Positions 41,924 through 55,918 are shown, counted from the stretch's first letter. The stretch is 64,000 nucleotides of DNA from Escherichia coli (GCF_003334305.1 NZ_QOWS01000011.1), one strand, 5' to 3'. Numbers and translations are program-made. The notes: generated by a model from the sequence alone, not told the origin.

Positions 41924-42775
41924 TTAACCCGCGTAAGCTGCCAGCATTTCCTGCGCCGCCAGTTTACCCAACGCATTCGCTGCGAAAGGACTGTCGCCGG
42001 TGAGAACTTTACGGTCCTTATGTACTCGCCCGGTGATGTCGTCATTAATAATGTTCATGCCCATTTTCTTCAGCTCTTCGCCGAAGTACCAGGTGAGATG
42101 ACCCGGCATATAGCCTATCTCTGGCGTTTGTTTGTCTGCGGCGTCTGGGAATGCGCAAATGGAATAACCATTCAGTGGGTTATCGCCGTGGCGAAGCGCC
42201 AGAAAAGCCGCCGGGCCGTGGCAAAGGGAGATAACAAAACGGTCATTTTTGATTGCCCACTGTAAAGCGGCAGCTACGTCCTGGCTTTCAGGTAAACCAA
42301 TAAGTGCGCCATGACCACCAGGAACAAAGATTGCTGCATATTCGCTATCAGCGTTGAGGCTGGCGACAACATCCGCGAGTTTCTTCGGATTGCGGAACAA
42401 CGATTTATGCTGCTCAAAGAATGGCATTACTTTTTCATCTTTGTGCGGCATAGCCCAGTATTCAAACTTGGTCAACAGGCCGGAAATGGTCGCCACTTCG
42501 AATTCGAAACCTGCAGCATGGAGATGATACAACGGCAGCAACGTTTCAATCGGATGGTTACCGGTCGAGAACAGTTTTCCGTTATCGGTCGGCAAATAAC
42601 GTTCGTCCGCGGCGATCACCAGAATTTTATGTTTACCGCGATACGGTTTTGGATAGTCCACGCCATCAAGATCAGAGACAGGACTGGTATATTGGCTAAG
42701 CGAATATTCTGAAGGGAAGAATGCATTATCTTCAGCAATATCGACCTGCGGATTTTTACTTGTTTGAACAGTCAT
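41924..42775 (-). CDS. hchA: Hsp31 chaperone / glyoxalase III (DJ-1/PfpI family)
   Basis: 283-aa ORF with catalytic-Cys context ISLCHGPAA. Confidence 0.9.
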   Translation of the reverse strand: MTVQTSKNPQVDIAEDNAFFPSEYSLSQYTSPVSDLDGVDYPKPYRGKHKILVIAADERYLPTDNGKLFSTGNHPIETLLPLYHLHAAGFEFEVATISGLLTKFEYWAMPHKDEKVMPFFEQHKSLFRNPKKLADVVASLNADSEYAAIFVPGGHGALIGLPESQDVAAALQWAIKNDRFVISLCHGPAAFLALRHGDNPLNGYSICAFPDAADKQTPEIGYMPGHLTWYFGEELKKMGMNIINDDITGRVHKDRKVLTGDSPFAANALGKLAAQEMLAAYAG

Positions 42776-43284
42776 AGTGTATTCCTTATTGTTGCTTAGT
42801 TAGGGTAGTCACTATATTTGCGACTGAGCTGGTCGCTATTTTTAACCAGGCTGGAAAATTGAGTCAATATATCGAAAGCGGTAGTCGGCGGGTGTAAGTA
42901 TGTAATGATGATGCTGCACTGGTGTTGAATATTATTCACGCCAAATTTTCCTTATTGAGTAACGTCGTCGCAAGTGGCCTCAATGATTTTAGACCATTAT
43001 CAGAGGTACGGGGTGGCGGGGAGAGATTTAGTGCTGTGGAATATTGTGGTGCTGATGAATATTTATATCGCGGATTGGTAGAGAAAAAGCTTATTTCATG
43101 CACTATTTTTGCAAATATTTCTATATGGGAAGCGTGTTTGTTACGGATTAATTCATAAAGAAATGCATTTGGGTGTTAGCTTGAAGAGTAGCTGGTTGAT
43201 GTTATTGTGCCAGGAGGGGCAGGGTAAGGTGCTGTATCGATATGCTTCGGCAATTGCGTGTGCCGCAGATGGAGATGAAATGCC

Positions 43285-43324
43285 AATAAAAAAGCCTGAG
43301 TTCGATGAGGGACGAACTCAGGCT
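43285..43324 (-). terminator. yedS rho-independent terminator
   Basis: 12-bp perfect stem agcctgagttcg/cgaactcaggct with 8-nt loop, followed on the minus strand by UUUUUUAUU; ~45 nt after the yedS stop. Confidence 0.7.
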
Positions 43325-43366
43325 AGTGTTAAGTTTTACAGTAACACGCCGCAGCGAGTTGGCTGA

Positions 43367-44482
43367 TTAGAACTGGTAGACGATACCAACTGCAAACTGG
43401 TCATCAGCTGCTGCGCCAGTAATGGCGGCGTCATCTTTATCCAGCATGTTGAATTTGTATGCAGTATAAACGTTCATGTTCTTATTAAAGTAGTACCAGG
43501 TACCAACTTCAATGTAGTTCACACGGTCAGCGTCAACATATCTATGTCCAGGTACCCCTTTGATATCTTTACCTTTAGAGTACACATAACCTAAGGACGG
43601 ACGCAGACCAAAGTCGAATTGATACTGAACAACCGCTTCAAAGTTCTGGGTTTCATTGATAAGTTGATCACGCATTATTGTATTGCCTTCTCGATCGGCA
43701 ACACCTGTATCAATAGAACCCGGAGTCATATTACGAGTTTCGCCGTACATTACAGCTGCGTAGACATTGTTCGCGTCATACTTTGCAGCCAATGACCACA
43801 GTTCAGCATTTGAACCGTTTCCATCGGCAACTTGATCGTTGGTGCGATCAGATTTGCTATATGCACCAACGATACCAAAACCATTGATGTTATAGTCTAC
43901 AGACAACGCATAGCCGTCACCATTTTGTTTCTTAGTGCTACGGTTGCTGTTTTTGCCTTGGTACTGAATCGCAAAATCAAGACCATCAACCAGGCCAAAG
44001 AAATCATAGTTACGGTAGGTTGCAACACCGTTGGTACGACCATTCATGAAGTTGTCAGCGGAAGCCCAGGAATCGCCACCCCATTCAACTAACATATCGG
44101 TATAAGCTGCGGCATCATAAGCAACACCGTAGTTACGGCCATAGTCAAATGATCCTAACTCGTTATATTTCAAACCGGCGAAGGTTAAACGGGTTTTTTC
44201 CTGGTTTTCACCTTCGGGCTTGCTGGCGTCGAGGTTGTATTCAAACTGACCAAAACCAGTCAGTTCGCTGGTGATTTGGGTTTCACCTTTAACACCGAAA
44301 CGAGCATAGGAGGTATCTTCGTTTTCGCTGTTATTATCATCAGTATTTGACCAGATGCGTTCGCCAACCATCTTGCCGTAGAAATCAACTTTATTGCCAT
44401 CTTTATTATAAATTTCAGCCGCATTTGCTGCGCCAGCAACTAATAACGCCGGGACCAGCATTGCCAGAACTTTTCTTTTCAT
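43367..44482 (-). CDS. yedS: OmpC/OmpF-family outer-membrane porin (intact)
   Basis: 371 aa from [21 protein letters not shown]; porin-like beta-strand periodicity and C-terminal ...AVGIVYQF. Confidence 0.85.
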   Translation of the reverse strand: MKRKVLAMLVPALLVAGAANAAEIYNKDGNKVDFYGKMVGERIWSNTDDNNSENEDTSYARFGVKGETQITSELTGFGQFEYNLDASKPEGENQEKTRLTFAGLKYNELGSFDYGRNYGVAYDAAAYTDMLVEWGGDSWASADNFMNGRTNGVATYRNYDFFGLVDGLDFAIQYQGKNSNRSTKKQNGDGYALSVDYNINGFGIVGAYSKSDRTNDQVADGNGSNAELWSLAAKYDANNVYAAVMYGETRNMTPGSIDTGVADREGNTIMRDQLINETQNFEAVVQYQFDFGLRPSLGYVYSKGKDIKGVPGHRYVDADRVNYIEVGTWYYFNKNMNVYTAYKFNMLDKDDAAITGAAADDQFAVGIVYQF

Positions 44483-44793
44483 TATGTATTCCCTTGTGAT
44501 TATAATCTTCATGAATATATCAATAAGTGCCGTTATCCAAAAAAAAGCACATTTGGATACTATTCTATGAAGTTCATTTTATTTTAAGGATTACATGTAA
44601 CAAATGTATTTAAAAGATTTCAAAGTGTTTCTAATATATTTAATATAATTCAGGATTATGAATTCTGAATATAAACATTCATGAAGATTATAAATGTATA
44701 TCAATAAGTTATGAGTTGAACTGAAAGATAGGGAGTATCAATGATCGTTGCGCTAAACGGCTGGTGTGATCACGCGCACATTAATGAAGGCAT

Positions 44794-44884
44794 AAAAAAA
44801 AGCCGGCATCATGCCGGCCCAAAAAATATAAACAAGACGATAAAAGGCTAATAACGGAGGCATCATGACACAGAATAATAAAAA
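44794..44884 (-). ncRNA. rseX: Small RNA in the yedS-yedR spacer, probably RseX; ends approximate
   Basis: Minus-strand hairpin GCCGGC-AUGAU-GCCGGC followed by U8 with no CDS upstream; TACAAT-like -10 box (44896-44891) about 90 nt upstream; contains an anti-Shine-Dalgarno stretch (CAUGAUGCCUCC). RseX maps to this spacer in K-12 (from memory). Confidence 0.5.
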
Positions 44885-45030
44885 GGTATAATTGTAATCA
44901 GTGCTAATATATTGATTGAATGAATTAATAAAGCCGATATCAAAGATAAATAAAATCGCTCAAAACGATTTTTCTTGTATTCACTGCCGTTGCGCAAAAA
45001 TTATCTATTTGTTCAAAAAATGATTGAGTC

Positions 45031-45414
45031 TTGACTGGCTCATTCAATGTGGAAAAATGTGATTTTTATCACATAATAGTACTAAGTCTGAATTTTCCGG
45101 GTTATCTCAAAATGGAATACGGTTCGACAAAGATGGAAGAGAGACTCTCTCGCAGCCCTGGTGGCAAACTGGCTTTGTGGGCTTTCTATACATGGTGTGG
45201 CTATTTCGTCTGGGCAATGGCGCGTTACATCTGGGTGATGAGCCGGATCCCCGATGCCCCCGTGTCGGGATTTGAAAGCGATTTAGGCTCTACCGCGGGA
45301 AAGTGGTTAGGGGCACTGGTCGGATTTTTATTTATGGCTCTGGTCGGGGCATTGTTAGGCAGCATTGCCTGGTACACCCGACCTCGTCCCGCACGTAGCA
45401 GACGCTATGAATAA
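45031..45414 (+). CDS. yedR: Small inner-membrane protein
   Basis: 127-aa ORF with two hydrophobic segments; alternative starts at GTG 45049 or ATG 45112. Confidence 0.75.
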   Translation: MTGSFNVEKCDFYHIIVLSLNFPGYLKMEYGSTKMEERLSRSPGGKLALWAFYTWCGYFVWAMARYIWVMSRIPDAPVSGFESDLGSTAGKWLGALVGFLFMALVGALLGSIAWYTRPRPARSRRYE

Positions 45415-45453
45415 AAACTGCTAAGGTGGCGACTCTTTGGCAACGGAGCGCGT

Positions 45454-46149
45454 ATGGACTTACAACACTGGCAGGCAGAGTTCGAAAACTGGTTGAAAAA
45501 CCATCATCAGCACCAGGACGCGGCCCATGACGTGTGTCATTTTCGCCGCGTCTGGGCTACGGCACAGAAGCTGGCGGCAGATGATGACGTCGATATGCTG
45601 GTGATTTTAACCGCCTGTTATTTTCACGATATTGTGAGCCTGGCGAAAAATCATCCGCAACGGCAGCGTTCTTCAATCCTGGCGGCAGAAGAGACGCGTC
45701 GCCTGCTCCGTGAAGAGTTCGTGCAATTTCCGGCGGAGAAAATTGAGGCCGTTTGTCATGCCATTGCCGCTCACAGTTTCAGCGCGCAAATCGCCCCCTT
45801 AACAACGGAAGCTAAAATCGTCCAGGATGCGGATCGGCTGGAAGCCCTGGGGGCGATTGGCCTGGCGCGCGTGTTTGCCGTTTCAGGGGCATTGGGCGTG
45901 GCGCTGTTTGATGGCGAAGATCCGTTCGCACAGCATCGCCCGCTTGATGATAAACGCTACGCGCTGGATCATTTCCAGACAAAGTTACTGAAATTACCGC
46001 AAACCATGCAAACCGCAAGAGGCAAGCAGCTGGCGCAGCACAACGCGCAATTTTTAGTCGAGTTTATGGCGAAGCTCAGTGCCGAACTGGCGGGGGAGAA
46101 TGAAGGTGTCGATCACAAGGTGATAGATGCGTTTTCACCCGCGGGCTGA
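45454..46149 (+). CDS. yedJ: HD-domain phosphohydrolase
   Basis: 231-aa ORF with HD motif (CYFHDIV). Confidence 0.85.
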   Translation: MDLQHWQAEFENWLKNHHQHQDAAHDVCHFRRVWATAQKLAADDDVDMLVILTACYFHDIVSLAKNHPQRQRSSILAAEETRRLLREEFVQFPAEKIEAVCHAIAAHSFSAQIAPLTTEAKIVQDADRLEALGAIGLARVFAVSGALGVALFDGEDPFAQHRPLDDKRYALDHFQTKLLKLPQTMQTARGKQLAQHNAQFLVEFMAKLSAELAGENEGVDHKVIDAFSPAG

Positions 46150-46215
46150 GCGCGTGGCCCTAAATGGCTGTAATTATGTTAACCTGTCGGCCATCTCAGA
46201 TGGCCGGTTAAATCT

Positions 46216-47634
46216 ATGCAGGAAAATATATCAGTAACCGATTCATACAGCACCGGGAATGCCGTTCAGGCAATGCTGGAGAAACTGCTGCAAATTTATG
46301 ATGTTAAAACGCTGGTGGCGCAGCTTAATGGTGTGGGTGAGAATCACTGGAGCGCGGCAATTTTAAAACGTGCACTGGCGAATGACTCGGCATGGCACCG
46401 TTTAAGTGAGAAAGAGTTCGCCCATCTGCAAACGTTGTTACCCAAACCACCGGCACATCATCCGCATTATGCGTTTCGCTTTATCGATCTATTTGCCGGA
46501 ATTGGCGGCATCCGTCGCGGTTTTGAATCGATTGGTGGACAGTGCGTGTTTACCAGCGAATGGAACAAACATGCGGTACGCACTTATAAAGCCAATCATT
46601 ATTGCGACCCGGCGACGCATCATTTTAATGAAGATATCCGCGACATCACCCTCAGCCATCAAGAAGGCGTGAGTGATGAGGCGGCGGCGGAACATATTCG
46701 TCAACACATTCCTGAACACGATGTATTACTGGCCGGTTTTCCTTGTCAGCCATTTTCGCTGGCTGGCGTATCGAAAAAGAACTCGCTCGGGCGGGCGCAC
46801 GGTTTTGCCTGCGATACCCAGGGCACGCTGTTCTTTGATGTGGTGCGCATTATCGACGCGCGTCGTCCGGCGATGTTTGTGCTCGAAAACGTCAAAAACC
46901 TGAAAAGTCACGACCAGGGTAAAACGTTCCGCATCATCATGCAGACGCTGGACGAACTGGGCTATGACGTGGCTGATGCAGAAGATAACGGGCCGGACGA
47001 TCCGAAAATCATCGATGGCAAACATTTCCTGCCGCAGCACCGTGAACGCATCGTGCTGGTGGGTTTTCGTCGCGATCTGAATCTGAAAGCCGATTTTACC
47101 CTGCGTGATATCAGTGAATGTTTCCCTGCGCAGCGAGTGACGCTGGCCCAGCTGCTGGACCCGATGGTCGAGGCGAAATATATCCTGACGCCGGTGCTGT
47201 GGAAGTACCTCTATCGTTATGCGAAAAAACATCAGGCGCGCGGTAATGGCTTCGGTTATGGAATGGTTTATCCGAACAATCCGCAAAGCGTCACGCGTAC
47301 GCTGTCTGCGCGTTATTACAAAGATGGCGCGGAAATTTTAATCGATCGCGGCTGGGATATGGCCACGGGTGAAAAAGACTTTGACGATCCGCTGAATCAG
47401 CAACATCGTCCACGTCGGTTAACGCCTCGGGAATGCGCGCGCTTAATGGGTTTTGAAGCGCCGGGAGAAGCGAAATTCCGCATTCCGGTTTCGGACACTC
47501 AGGCTTATCGCCAGTTCGGTAACTCGGTGGTCGTGCCGGTCTTTGCCGCGGTGGCAAAACTGCTTGAGCCAAAAATCAAACAGGCGGTGGCGTTGCGTCA
47601 GCAAGAGGCACAACATGGTCGACGTTCACGATAA
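46216..47634 (+). CDS. dcm: DNA cytosine-5 methyltransferase
   Basis: 472-aa ORF with FAGIGG (SAM binding), GFPCQPFS (catalytic Cys) and ENV motifs. Confidence 0.95.
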   Translation: MQENISVTDSYSTGNAVQAMLEKLLQIYDVKTLVAQLNGVGENHWSAAILKRALANDSAWHRLSEKEFAHLQTLLPKPPAHHPHYAFRFIDLFAGIGGIRRGFESIGGQCVFTSEWNKHAVRTYKANHYCDPATHHFNEDIRDITLSHQEGVSDEAAAEHIRQHIPEHDVLLAGFPCQPFSLAGVSKKNSLGRAHGFACDTQGTLFFDVVRIIDARRPAMFVLENVKNLKSHDQGKTFRIIMQTLDELGYDVADAEDNGPDDPKIIDGKHFLPQHRERIVLVGFRRDLNLKADFTLRDISECFPAQRVTLAQLLDPMVEAKYILTPVLWKYLYRYAKKHQARGNGFGYGMVYPNNPQSVTRTLSARYYKDGAEILIDRGWDMATGEKDFDDPLNQQHRPRRLTPRECARLMGFEAPGEAKFRIPVSDTQAYRQFGNSVVVPVFAAVAKLLEPKIKQAVALRQQEAQHGRRSR

Positions 47635-48085
47635 GGCCACCCGCAGCAAAAATATGCGCGCGATTGCCACGCGTGATACGGCGATTGAGAAGCGCCTCGC
47701 CAGTTTGTTAACTGGGCAGGGCCTTGCGTTTCGCGTTCAGGACGCCAGTCTGCCCGGACGCCCGGATTTTGCCGTTGATGAATATCGCTGCGTGATATTT
47801 ACCCATGGCTGCTTCTGGCATCATCATCACTGCTATCTGTTTAAAGTGCCTGCGACTCGAACCGAGTTCTGGCTGGAGAAGATAGGTAAAAATGTTGAGC
47901 GCGATCGCCGCGATATCAGTCGCTTGCAGGAACTCGGCTGGCGCGTATTGATTGTCTGGGAGTGCGCGTTACGTGGGCGCGAGAAGCTGACGGATGAAGC
48001 GCTTACCGAGCGTCTGGAAGAGTGGATCTGCGGCGAAGGTGCCAGCGCGCAGATCGACACGCAGGGGATACATTTACTCGCTTGA
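47615..48085 (+). CDS. vsr: Very-short-patch repair endonuclease
   Basis: 156 aa from the ATG at 47615, overlapping the dcm 3' end by 20 nt in another frame. Confidence 0.9.
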   Translation: MVDVHDKATRSKNMRAIATRDTAIEKRLASLLTGQGLAFRVQDASLPGRPDFAVDEYRCVIFTHGCFWHHHHCYLFKVPATRTEFWLEKIGKNVERDRRDISRLQELGWRVLIVWECALRGREKLTDEALTERLEEWICGEGASAQIDTQGIHLLA

Positions 48086-48994
48086 TGCGTCCTGAATAAC
48101 TGGCGCAACTACGGGTTTTGCCGGAAAGAGATATTTTCCCAACGTGACCAGTACCACCGCGAAGACAATTACGCCGAGCGCCAGCCATTCAATCTTCGAC
48201 AACGTCTCTCCGCCCAGTCCCGTACCCAGCAAGACCGCGACCACCGGGTTAACGTAAGCGTAGCTGGTGGCGAGAGCCGGACTGACATTACGGATTAAAT
48301 ACATATAAGCGTTGATGGCGATAATCGAACCAAACAGCGCCAGATAGCCGACCGCAAGGAAGCCTGAAAGGGAAGGAAGCGCCGTCAGTTTTTCACCCGC
48401 AATCATCGACGCGATCATTAACACCACGCCTGCCGCCAGCATCTCAATCGCACCCGCCATCATCCCTACAGGTAAGGTAATGCGCGAGCCATAAACTGAG
48501 CCAAACGCCCAGCTAATCGAGCCGATTAAAATCAGAATCGCGCCCCATGGATTGCCGCTTAAGTTTCCACCGCTATTGAGCATGATGATTCCGGCAAGCC
48601 CAATGGCGATACCCACCCATTCCAGTTTGCGCGTTTTAATGCCAAACAGGCGGCTGAAGCACAGGGTAAAAAGGGGCACGGTTGCAACCACTACGGCGGC
48701 GATGCCGGAAGGAACATTTTGATGTTCGGCAACCGTCACCATGCCATTACCGACAGCCAGCAATAACAGGCCAATCAGCGCGGCATTGAGCAGCGGACGT
48801 GGCGGGGGAAGTTTGTGTCCGCGCAGTAGCAAAAATGCCAGCAATAAAATACCGGCTGCCAGGAATCGAACGCCCGCCATCATTAACGGAGGCCAGCTTT
48901 CCACGCCAATCCGAATGACAAAATAGGTTGAGCCCCAAATGATATACAACGCAAACAGCGCGCCAAAAAGCGGTAACAACTGGCGGAAACGCAT
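48074..48994 (-). CDS. yedA: EamA-family (DMT) transporter
   Basis: 306-aa polytopic ORF. Confidence 0.85.
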   Translation of the reverse strand: MRFRQLLPLFGALFALYIIWGSTYFVIRIGVESWPPLMMAGVRFLAAGILLLAFLLLRGHKLPPPRPLLNAALIGLLLLAVGNGMVTVAEHQNVPSGIAAVVVATVPLFTLCFSRLFGIKTRKLEWVGIAIGLAGIIMLNSGGNLSGNPWGAILILIGSISWAFGSVYGSRITLPVGMMAGAIEMLAAGVVLMIASMIAGEKLTALPSLSGFLAVGYLALFGSIIAINAYMYLIRNVSPALATSYAYVNPVVAVLLGTGLGGETLSKIEWLALGVIVFAVVLVTLGKYLFPAKPVVAPVIQDASSE

Positions 48995-49166
48995 AATCCC
49001 TCACGGTGGAAATAAAAAGGTGGTTCATAGTAAACGTGAAAATCATTCTGCTGGCGAGAGATATAATTGCACTTGATTGTTAAAAAAATGTTGACCTGTG
49101 AAGCAAGTATCAGAGCTGCCGTTTTTGCTTCATACTTACACCCTTCAACAATAAAAATGAGAGGGA

Positions 49167-50084
49167 ATGCTTTTGGCCGGGAGTAGTTTACTGACGTTGC
49201 TCGATGATATCGCCACACTGCTGGACGATATCTCCGTGATGGGCAAACTGGCGGCGAAGAAAACCGCCGGTGTATTAGGGGATGATTTATCGCTCAATGC
49301 GCAACAAGTTTCAGGCGTGCGGGCCAACCGGGAACTTCCCGTGGTCTGGGGCGTGGCGAAAGGATCGCTGATCAATAAAGTGATTCTGGTGCCGCTGGCG
49401 CTGATCATCAGTGCGTTTATCCCGTGGGCGATTACGCCACTGTTGATGATTGGCGGCGCGTTTCTCTGCTTTGAAGGGGTAGAGAAAGTGCTGCATATGC
49501 TGGAGGCGCGTAAACATAAAGAAGATCCGGCGCAGAGTCAGCAGCGTCTGGAGAAGCTGGCGGCGCAGGATCCGCTGAAGTTTGAAAAAGACAAAATAAA
49601 AGGGGCGATTCGTACCGATTTTATATTGTCTGCGGAAATCGTCGCCATCACGCTGGGGATTGTGGCAGAAGCGCCGTTGCTTAATCAGGTGCTGGTGCTT
49701 TCAGGCATCGCGCTGGTAGTGACCGTGGGCGTCTACGGTCTGGTAGGGGTTATCGTTAAGATTGATGACCTGGGGTATTGGCTGGCGGAAAAATCCAGCG
49801 CGCTGATGCAGGCATTAGGTAAAGGGTTATTGATCATTGCGCCCTGGTTGATGAAAGCGTTATCGATTGTCGGCACGCTGGCGATGTTCCTCGTCGGCGG
49901 CGGGATTGTGGTACATGGTATTGCGCCGTTGCATCACGCCATTGAACATTTCGCCGGGCAGCAAAGTGCAGTGGTGGCGATGATATTACCGACTGTTTTA
50001 AATCTGATTCTTGGATTTATCATCGGCGGCATCGTGGTGCTGGGAGTGAAAGCCGTAGCGAAAATGCGCGGTCAGGCACATTAA
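49167..50084 (+). CDS. yedI: DUF808 inner-membrane protein
   Basis: 305-aa ORF. Confidence 0.8.
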   Translation: MLLAGSSLLTLLDDIATLLDDISVMGKLAAKKTAGVLGDDLSLNAQQVSGVRANRELPVVWGVAKGSLINKVILVPLALIISAFIPWAITPLLMIGGAFLCFEGVEKVLHMLEARKHKEDPAQSQQRLEKLAAQDPLKFEKDKIKGAIRTDFILSAEIVAITLGIVAEAPLLNQVLVLSGIALVVTVGVYGLVGVIVKIDDLGYWLAEKSSALMQALGKGLLIIAPWLMKALSIVGTLAMFLVGGGIVVHGIAPLHHAIEHFAGQQSAVVAMILPTVLNLILGFIIGGIVVLGVKAVAKMRGQAH

Positions 50085-50162
50085 TACTCGCACAGGCTAT
50101 TATGCAAAATTCGCCATCTTCAACTAAGGTGAACAAGTTTCACTCGAAAAAAGGAGGCGAGT

Positions 50163-50345
50163 ATGAGCTTTATGGTTAGTGAGGAAGTTACGGTTAAAGA
50201 GGGCGGCCCGCGGATGATTGTCACTGGATACTCCAGCGGTATGGTTGAGTGTCGTTGGTATGACGGGTACGGGGTCAAGCGGGAAGCTTTTCATGAAACC
50301 GAGCTTGTTCCGGGGGAGGGGAGTCGTTCTGCGGAAGAAGTTTGA
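50163..50345 (+). CDS. yodC: Small protein YodC
   Basis: 60-aa ORF MSFMVSEEVTVKEGGPRMIVTGY... Confidence 0.75.
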   Translation: MSFMVSEEVTVKEGGPRMIVTGYSSGMVECRWYDGYGVKREAFHETELVPGEGSRSAEEV

Positions 50346-50500
50346 AAGGGTATCATTAACACCAGGCCGGATCACATCCGGCCTGGTGTGCCAATGCCTG
50401 CAATGAATGATAGTCGCGTCTTATCATGCCACCATTATAAAATTATCGCTGTTTTGCGGTACGTTATCGCCGGGTTATGCCAGAATCATAAAAAAGCAGG

Positions 50501-53040
<2,540 letters not shown>

Positions 53041-53219
53041 TTACCAGGATGATTCTCAAAACAGCACAAATTATCAAAGATGATTTTTTCGGGAGCGATC
53101 CCGTTGACGCCAGAGCCACCAAGGGGTGACGCGCGTCACATTTCTATTCATAAGTAGCGTTAATCATTCATATCACGAATATTTTCTTGTCAGCGAAAAA
53201 AATTGCGGATAAGGTGATG

Positions 53220-53306
53220 AACACATCAGATTTCCTGGTGTAACGAATTTTTTAAGTGCTTCTTGCTTAAGCAAGTTTCATCCCGACCCCCTCAGGGTCG
53301 GGATTT
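53220..53306 (+). ncRNA. dsrA: DsrA small regulatory RNA
   Basis: AACACATCAGATTTCCTGGTGTAACGAATTTTTTAAGTGCTTCTTGCTTAAGCAAGTTTCATCCCGACCCCCTCAGGGTCGGGATTT matches DsrA as I remember it; three stem-loops with a terminal hairpin plus T-run on the plus strand and no plus-strand CDS upstream. Confidence 0.85.
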
Positions 53307-53319
53307 TTTTATTGTGCAT

Positions 53320-53547
53320 TCAACGATTCACTTCAGAGACGCTGAAGTCATGAATATCCAGTTCGAAGGCATCCGCCAATTCACGCCATGTATGATATTC
53401 ACGTCCATCGACGCTAACGTGTTCAGAATCGTTCTGGCTGCGATGAACTTCGCTCTCGCTAATTTCATTGATCGCCGCCAGCAGGGCATCGACATCGACG
53501 CTGACCTCACGTTTTGCGGTATCGCTGTACTCTTTTGCGGTTTTCAT
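53320..53547 (-). CDS. yodD: Small stress-induced protein YodD
   Basis: 75 aa from MKTAKEYSDTAKREV... Confidence 0.8.
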   Translation of the reverse strand: MKTAKEYSDTAKREVSVDVDALLAAINEISESEVHRSQNDSEHVSVDGREYHTWRELADAFELDIHDFSVSEVNR

Positions 53548-53619
53548 CATCTTTCCTCGCAACCGTTACTCTGTTGTTGCCGCCAGTCGTTAAGTCCGCC
53601 TGGCATCTCTTAAGTATAG

Positions 53620-53898
<279 letters not shown>

Positions 53899-53941
53899 TC
53901 TAATTCAGCCTGACTGGTGGGAAACCACCAGTCAGAATGTG

Positions 53942-54565
53942 TTAGCGCATGTTGACAAAAATACCATTAGTCACATTATCCGTCAGTCGGACGACATGGT
54001 AGATAACCTGTTTATTATGCGTTTTGATCTTACGTTTAATATTACCTTTATGCGATGAAACGGTCTTGGCTTTGATATTCATTTGGTCAGAGATTTGAAT
54101 GGTTCCCTGACCTGCCATCCACATTCGCAACATACTCGATTCGGTTCGGCTCAATGATAACGTCGGCATATTTAAAAACGAGGTTATCGTTGTCTCTTTT
54201 TTCAGAATATCGCCAAGGATATCGTCGAGAGATTCCGGTTTAATCGATTTAGAACTGATCAATAAATTTTTTCTGACCAATAGATATTCATCAAAATGAA
54301 CATTGGCAATTGCCATAAAAACGATAAATAACGTATTGGGATGTTGATTAATGATGAGCTTGATACGCTGACTGTTAGAAGCATCGTGGATGAAACAGTC
54401 CTCATTAATAAACACCACTGAAGGGCGCTGTGAATCACAAGCTATGGCAAGGTCATCAACGGTTTCAATGTCGTTGATTTCTCTTTTTTTAACCCCTCTA
54501 CTCAACAGATACCCGGTTAAACCTAGTCGGGTGTAACTACATAAATCCATAATAATCGTTGACAT
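53942..54565 (-). CDS. rcsA: Colanic-acid capsule regulator (LuxR-type auxiliary activator)
   Basis: 207-aa ORF with C-terminal LuxR-type HTH and a long AT-rich upstream region. Confidence 0.9.
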
Positions 54566-54854
54566 GGCATACCCTCACTCAATGCGTAACGATAATTCCC
54601 CTTACCTGAATATTTCATCATGACTAAACGGAACAACATGGGTCACCTAATGCGCCACTCTCGCAATTTTTCAGGCGGACTTACTATCCCGTAAAGTGTT
54701 GTATAATTTGCCTGGAATTGTCTTAAAGTAAAGTAAATGTTGCGATATGTGAGTGAGCTTAAAACAAATATTTCGCCGCAGGAGTATCCTGGAAGATGTT
54801 CGTAGGTATTATTTTTCGGATAATCCTTAGGATAACATGATAAACGTTACGGAA

Positions 54855-55640
54855 TTATATTAATGGCAATTCACTAATAATATCAGCCAGCAAATTAAAC
54901 ATCTCACTGAATAAATGTTCGCAAAAAGGCGCAATTAACGGCATTAATGCCGCCATTAAAGAGATGCCGACAGTCAGAGTTAATGGAAATCCAATAACAA
55001 AAATGGATAATTGCGGGGCCATACGATTAAGTAAGCCTAATACCAGATTCAGGGTCAGCAGCAGAGTAATGAGCGGTAATGCCAGCATCAGCCCGTTAAG
55101 GAAAATCAAACTCCCTGCTTTGGTGAGTGCCAGAAACGCATTGCTGTTCAACGGTTCGCCACCAATTGGCAGGGTGTGAAAGGTATCGACCAGCAGTGAA
55201 ATCAACCATAAATGACCGTTAAATGTCAGGAACAGCAGTAACGCCAGCATATCCATGATACGCGCTAAAACGGGCATATTGAGATGGCTGGCCGGATCGA
55301 CAAACGTCGCAAATGACAGCCCCATTTGCAGACCGATAATTTCACCAGCGGTTCGCACAGCGGCAAAGGCAAATTGCATGGTAAAACCAAGCGCAATGCC
55401 GATCAGGATCTGCTGCACGGCCAGCCACAGAGCAAAGAACGAAAAAACAGGAACATCGTTGGCAGGTAATGATGGGGCAATAGCGAACGTGATCATCATT
55501 GCCAGACCCAGTTTTACCCGTTTCGGCACGCTGCGTTCGCTCAGAATTGGTGCGGTAGAAATGAGCGCCAGCACGCGCAGTAACGGCCAGAAGTACAGGC
55601 TTAACCAGGAAAGCCATTGATCGCTTGTTACCTGCATCAT
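54855..55640 (-). CDS. fliR: Flagellar export apparatus protein FliR
   Basis: 261-aa polytopic ORF at the end of the fliLMNOPQR operon. Confidence 0.9.
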   Translation of the reverse strand: MMQVTSDQWLSWLSLYFWPLLRVLALISTAPILSERSVPKRVKLGLAMMITFAIAPSLPANDVPVFSFFALWLAVQQILIGIALGFTMQFAFAAVRTAGEIIGLQMGLSFATFVDPASHLNMPVLARIMDMLALLLFLTFNGHLWLISLLVDTFHTLPIGGEPLNSNAFLALTKAGSLIFLNGLMLALPLITLLLTLNLVLGLLNRMAPQLSIFVIGFPLTLTVGISLMAALMPLIAPFCEHLFSEMFNLLADIISELPLI

Positions 55641-55648
55641 TGTACGGC

Positions 55649-55918
55649 CTACCCGATGATATACGGCAGGTTAGTGAACAAGGTGCGGACGTAATCCAGC
55701 AACAGATTGAGCATCCACGGTCCGGCAATAATAATGGCGATAAATACGGCGATGATTTTCGGAATAAACGACAGCGTCATTTCGTTGATCTGCGTGGCGG
55801 CCTGCAAAATACTGATGATAAGGCCCGTGACCAGCGCCACCAGCAACAGCGGGGCAGCCAGTGCCAGCGCGACTTTCATCGCTTCAGTCCCCATCATCAT
55901 GACCGATTCAGGTGTCAT
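55649..55918 (-). CDS. fliQ: Flagellar export apparatus protein FliQ
   Basis: 89-aa hydrophobic ORF. Confidence 0.9.
   Translation of the reverse strand: MTPESVMMMGTEAMKVALALAAPLLLVALVTGLIISILQAATQINEMTLSFIPKIIAVFIAIIIAGPWMLNLLLDYVRTLFTNLPYIIG

Noticed and set aside
42922-43366. Two overlapping plus-strand ORFs (78 and 85 aa) in the hchA-yedS spacer
   Set aside because: No ribosome-binding site, no recognisable domain, and they overlap the yedS terminator; the region is more plausibly the hchA promoter and yedS 3' UTR.
44865-44891. 8-codon mini-ORF (MTQNNKKV) with a perfect GGAGG ribosome-binding site on the plus strand
   Set aside because: It is the mirror image of the anti-Shine-Dalgarno stretch of the putative minus-strand small RNA, so the RBS-like sequence is better explained as the antisense of an sRNA seed than as a leader peptide.
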